A stretch of DNA of 64,000 bases from Geosiphon pyriformis uo1 (Eukaryota > Fungi > Glomeromycota). Both the position numbers and the translations under genes were made by a program. The stretch lies in assembly GCA_016748015.1 (NCBI GenBank), contig JAAOMT010000128.1:1247538-1311537 (forward strand), read 5' to 3'. Shown here one piece after another: positions 60,701 through 64,000 of the stretch. The first letter of the stretch is position 1. Every line of letters begins with the position of its first letter. The notes beneath the pieces were generated by a model. It saw only the letters and a program-made list of their open reading frames with translations, was not told the DNA's origin and did not search any database.

Positions 60701-63700
60701 TTGCTAAAATTGTGAAAGTTTGGAGTTCTAAAAATCTCTTGAATTTTGATTGTCTTGTTGAAGTTTGGCTGACTGTTGATAATGTTGAAATGTCTAAAGC
60801 TGCTAACATGATTTTGAATAGTGTTAATTTGATAAGTTTGGTTAAGCATTTGTTAATAGTAAAGAAAAAATATTGGAAATCTAAATATTATGAGTTTAAG
60901 ATATCTGAAAATATAACTATTAAAAAGACAATTAATTATCAAATAAAGATTTTCTGTTTTGACAAGAAGTGGATAATTAAGAGCATTTTGAAACATCTAT
61001 TTTACAAGGTAGTTTTAGATTACTTGGTAGTAGAAGATGAGTTGGTGGTTAAGTCTAATGAAATAAAGCTTAAGTTAGATAAGATTATAGAAGAATGAAC
61101 AAGAAAATGGTCAGTGCTCTCAAAGATGCTTGATCTTTAGACTTGTCAATATATGTTCTTAGATTATGTTGATAATAGAGTCTTTTCTAATGTGATAAAA
61201 GAAATTGATATAAAGAAATTGTCATTGGTTGTTAATAATTTACTGAATAATAAGATTGTCAGATTGTTAAGAATATCCAATAAACTTTAAAAACATTATA
61301 GTAAAAAAGTATTAATTTGTTTTTTGAAGCTCTTGAATCTATGTTTAATCTTGAATGTGGTTTTGATTTCTTAAAAAAGGGCATGGATTTCAATGATCCC
61401 AAAACCTTATGAATGAAATAGTGTTTTAATAAATATTAGGCCTATTGCACTAATTGAGACAGCCCAGAAGATTCTATCTAAGATTTTTTCTGATCAAATA
61501 TTAGTGACATGCAGCAAATTTAATATTTTTTGCAGTAATAACTTTTCAGTATTAAAAAATACTTCAACTTAGTTTTCTATTTTTGCTGCTGGATTGGTTG
61601 TCAAAGATGCTTTAGAAAAAAATAGGGAACTTTGGTTGGTGTTATAAAACATGTACAAAACTTATAATTCAATAGGCTAGTATCATTTAAGAACTAGTTT
61701 GCTTCATATTAAAATATGCAGTCGGTTTATCAAGTTTTTTGGCAGTATTTATAAGAATTAGATCAACAAAGTAATGACAAATTTTGGACTTTCAAGGATG
61801 CACAATAGTTTAAATTAAGACAAAATGTTTTTTCTACTCTTTTAGAAAATTTTTTATGATCCACTTTTGTGTGAAATAAAGAGACATAAACACTTGTCTA
61901 GTTACCACATTAATACTAGATTTATGGCAAAGACTAGTAGAGTTAAGACTATTGGAAAGAAAACTTTTTTTTGGCTGCTAGTGCATTTGTTGATGACACA
62001 ATTTGGGTAAGAAGTTGTTAAGCTTCTATATAATACATTTTGAATATCAGTGAGTTCTTTAATATCAATAATATTTTGATTAATAATGACAAAACAGTGA
62101 TTATTTTTATCAATCAAGATGTCAAGATTGTCTTACTATTAATTAACAGTTTACCAATTTTGTTTGCTAAAAGAGGTAAATCACACTGATACTTGGACAT
62201 TTTTTTGTTTACTGAGAGTTTGTTTAAGCCTAGTTTGGTTCAGGTTTATGTAAATGTCAGATTCTTTTCTAATGTGATACTAAAGAAAGCAATTATGAAT
62301 AAACAATTTTCTTACTTGGTTTCAGTTATTTTGCAGCTTATAATTAGCTATTAGATACAGTTTAGTTTTATCTTGTCAGGTGTATGTTACAAGTAAGATG
62401 TTATAATTAGAAAGAGTTTTAAGATAAAAGCTGGTTTGTCACATAACTTTTCCAATGAGATTTTATATCATTCTTTTTTGTATGGTTTGAAACTTTTTAA
62501 GCAAATACAGTCTAAGGGAAATTGGCTTGGCTGATTTCTTTTTCCAATGCTCATGGCATCTTTGGATGTTTATTTAAATATAAATTTTTGGATTTACAAG
62601 TTTTGAAGTGGTTTTCTTTAAATCTTTTACAGTTTCTTGTTAAGTTATATATTAGTTCAATAAATAATTTTTTGGCTAGTGTGATAAGAATCTTTTTGGA
62701 AAATGAGTTATTTTTGGCAAACAATTTGTCCAGTGCTTTTCAAGAGTTTGGTAGATTTTTAATGTCTGGCATTTTAAAACAATTCTTGTATTATAATTTT
62801 GTTTGTTCTTTGAAACAGTTTGGTATTGCATTTGGTGACAGACTTTTGGACAAAAAAGAAAAAATGATAAATTAAAAGACATTTTGATGGTGGAAAAAGT
62901 TGGATCCAAGAAGCTTTGTTCCTTACTGGTTTGTGTAAACATTCGAGTTTATGTGCAAAAATGTTTCTTTAAAGGTTGATTCTTTTGTTGTTCTTGAGTT
63001 ATCTGTGCTAAATGTCTTGGAATCTGAGAGATTCTTTGAAATACGTGGTAGTCTACTGGAAATTTGGTCAAATTGCATTAAAATCTACACAGATAAGTTT
63101 TTGAAAGATGCTAGTTCTGTTGATATAATGTGTAAGGCAGCTGCTTACTTTCTGATGACAGACATGGGTATTGGAGTTGAAGTAAAAGAACTTTTGTCTT
63201 TTACTTTAGCTAAGTTACAGACTGTTGTCTTGGTGCTAAAGTGTGTTTTATTCTTATGTGCTATGGTTCTGTATCTGAATAGCCAATCTGCAATTAATGC
63301 TTGTGTATCTAAGACTTTATGTGCTGTGCTTAACTTCTGCAATTAATATTGAATAGAGAGATTATATATAGCCAATTTTATTAGGAATAAAGACATTTTG
63401 GTTAAGTGAATGAAGATTAAAGATTATTCAAGGATTCTAAACAATGTTAAGACTAATGTATTGGCTGGTGAGATTATTTCTTCTTTTTTTTGTTAAGTGG
63501 GGTTTGGAAACAAATTTTGGTAGCTAAAAATATGGTTGTGTTTAACAATACTTGTTACTTTGTTTATAATCTGTACTGGTCAATTTGTTGTGCTTATTGG
63601 GAAGCTGGTCTTGGTTATAACATAGTTCTAAATGTTTTAATTAAGAAGATAGATTAGACTGCTATGGCAAAGATTTGGCATCCTGATTTGCATATGTTCT

Positions 63701-64000
63701 TTGGGTCTACTAGTAGAGTTTTGGCTAATCTGTGTATTTATTTAATAAAAACAGTTTATAAAAAATTATTGGTAACAATTAGAAAAAAGTTGTATGATAA
63801 AAATTATTCTAGAGTACTATGTTTGCTGTGTGGTAAAATAAAGTTGTCTAATCATGTTTTTATCTATTCTGGTAATATTAGTCTTTGTGAAGACACTTTG
63901 GTTGAAACTGCCAAAAGATGAGTGCTATTGACTGGTTCTTTTTGTTTATCTATTTTTTCCATTTTGCATTTGTTGTTAATGTGTTTTTTAGATATGAGTT
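57720..64000 (+). mobile_element. LINE copy C (ORF1 ~57740-59695, ORF2 from 59692), more degraded, runs off the window
   Basis: KMQLIGLWQKAL, LDFIFV, RPIALIET, AFVDDT, IYTDKF, CLLCGKIKLSNH. Head-to-head with copy B. The 5' boundary is approximate. Confidence 0.88.

Overview
Eukaryotic (fungal) genomic DNA. The short AT-rich introns, gene set and transposon style suggest an early-diverging fungus, probably Glomeromycotina; this is inference. A ~29 kb gene island (~20.3-49.0 kb) lies between two blocks of transition-riddled retrotransposons. Left block: a full-length RNase H-containing LINE (minus), a Ty3/gypsy RT-RH relic, a ~10.2 kb Ty3/gypsy LTR element and a LINE RNase H relic. The LTR element is unusual. 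It has a Cys-rich insert, a dUTPase plus a dUTPase-like domain between protease and RT, an integrase apparently in its own ORF, an extra ORF3, and mismatched LTRs sharing a hairpin and intron-like signals. Gene island: an unknown ~810 aa protein, mitochondrial MnSOD, a membrane RING-H2 E3 ligase, a small C2H2 protein with an MCB-box cluster upstream, TRS20/sedlin, UTP13, an intronless TM-type tRNase Z-like gene, RSA1/NUFIP1, and a Pro/Cys-rich 2-TM protein. The island also holds a 1.1 kb TIR element carrying a spliced USP-like protease fragment, a pogo relic, and a 0.3 kb CpG-rich element sharing the LINE 3' UTR. Right block: a second full-length LINE, an ORF1 relic and a third LINE running off the window. 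The long repeats show RIP-like C>T/G>A decay. All calls are from manual reading; no searches were run.
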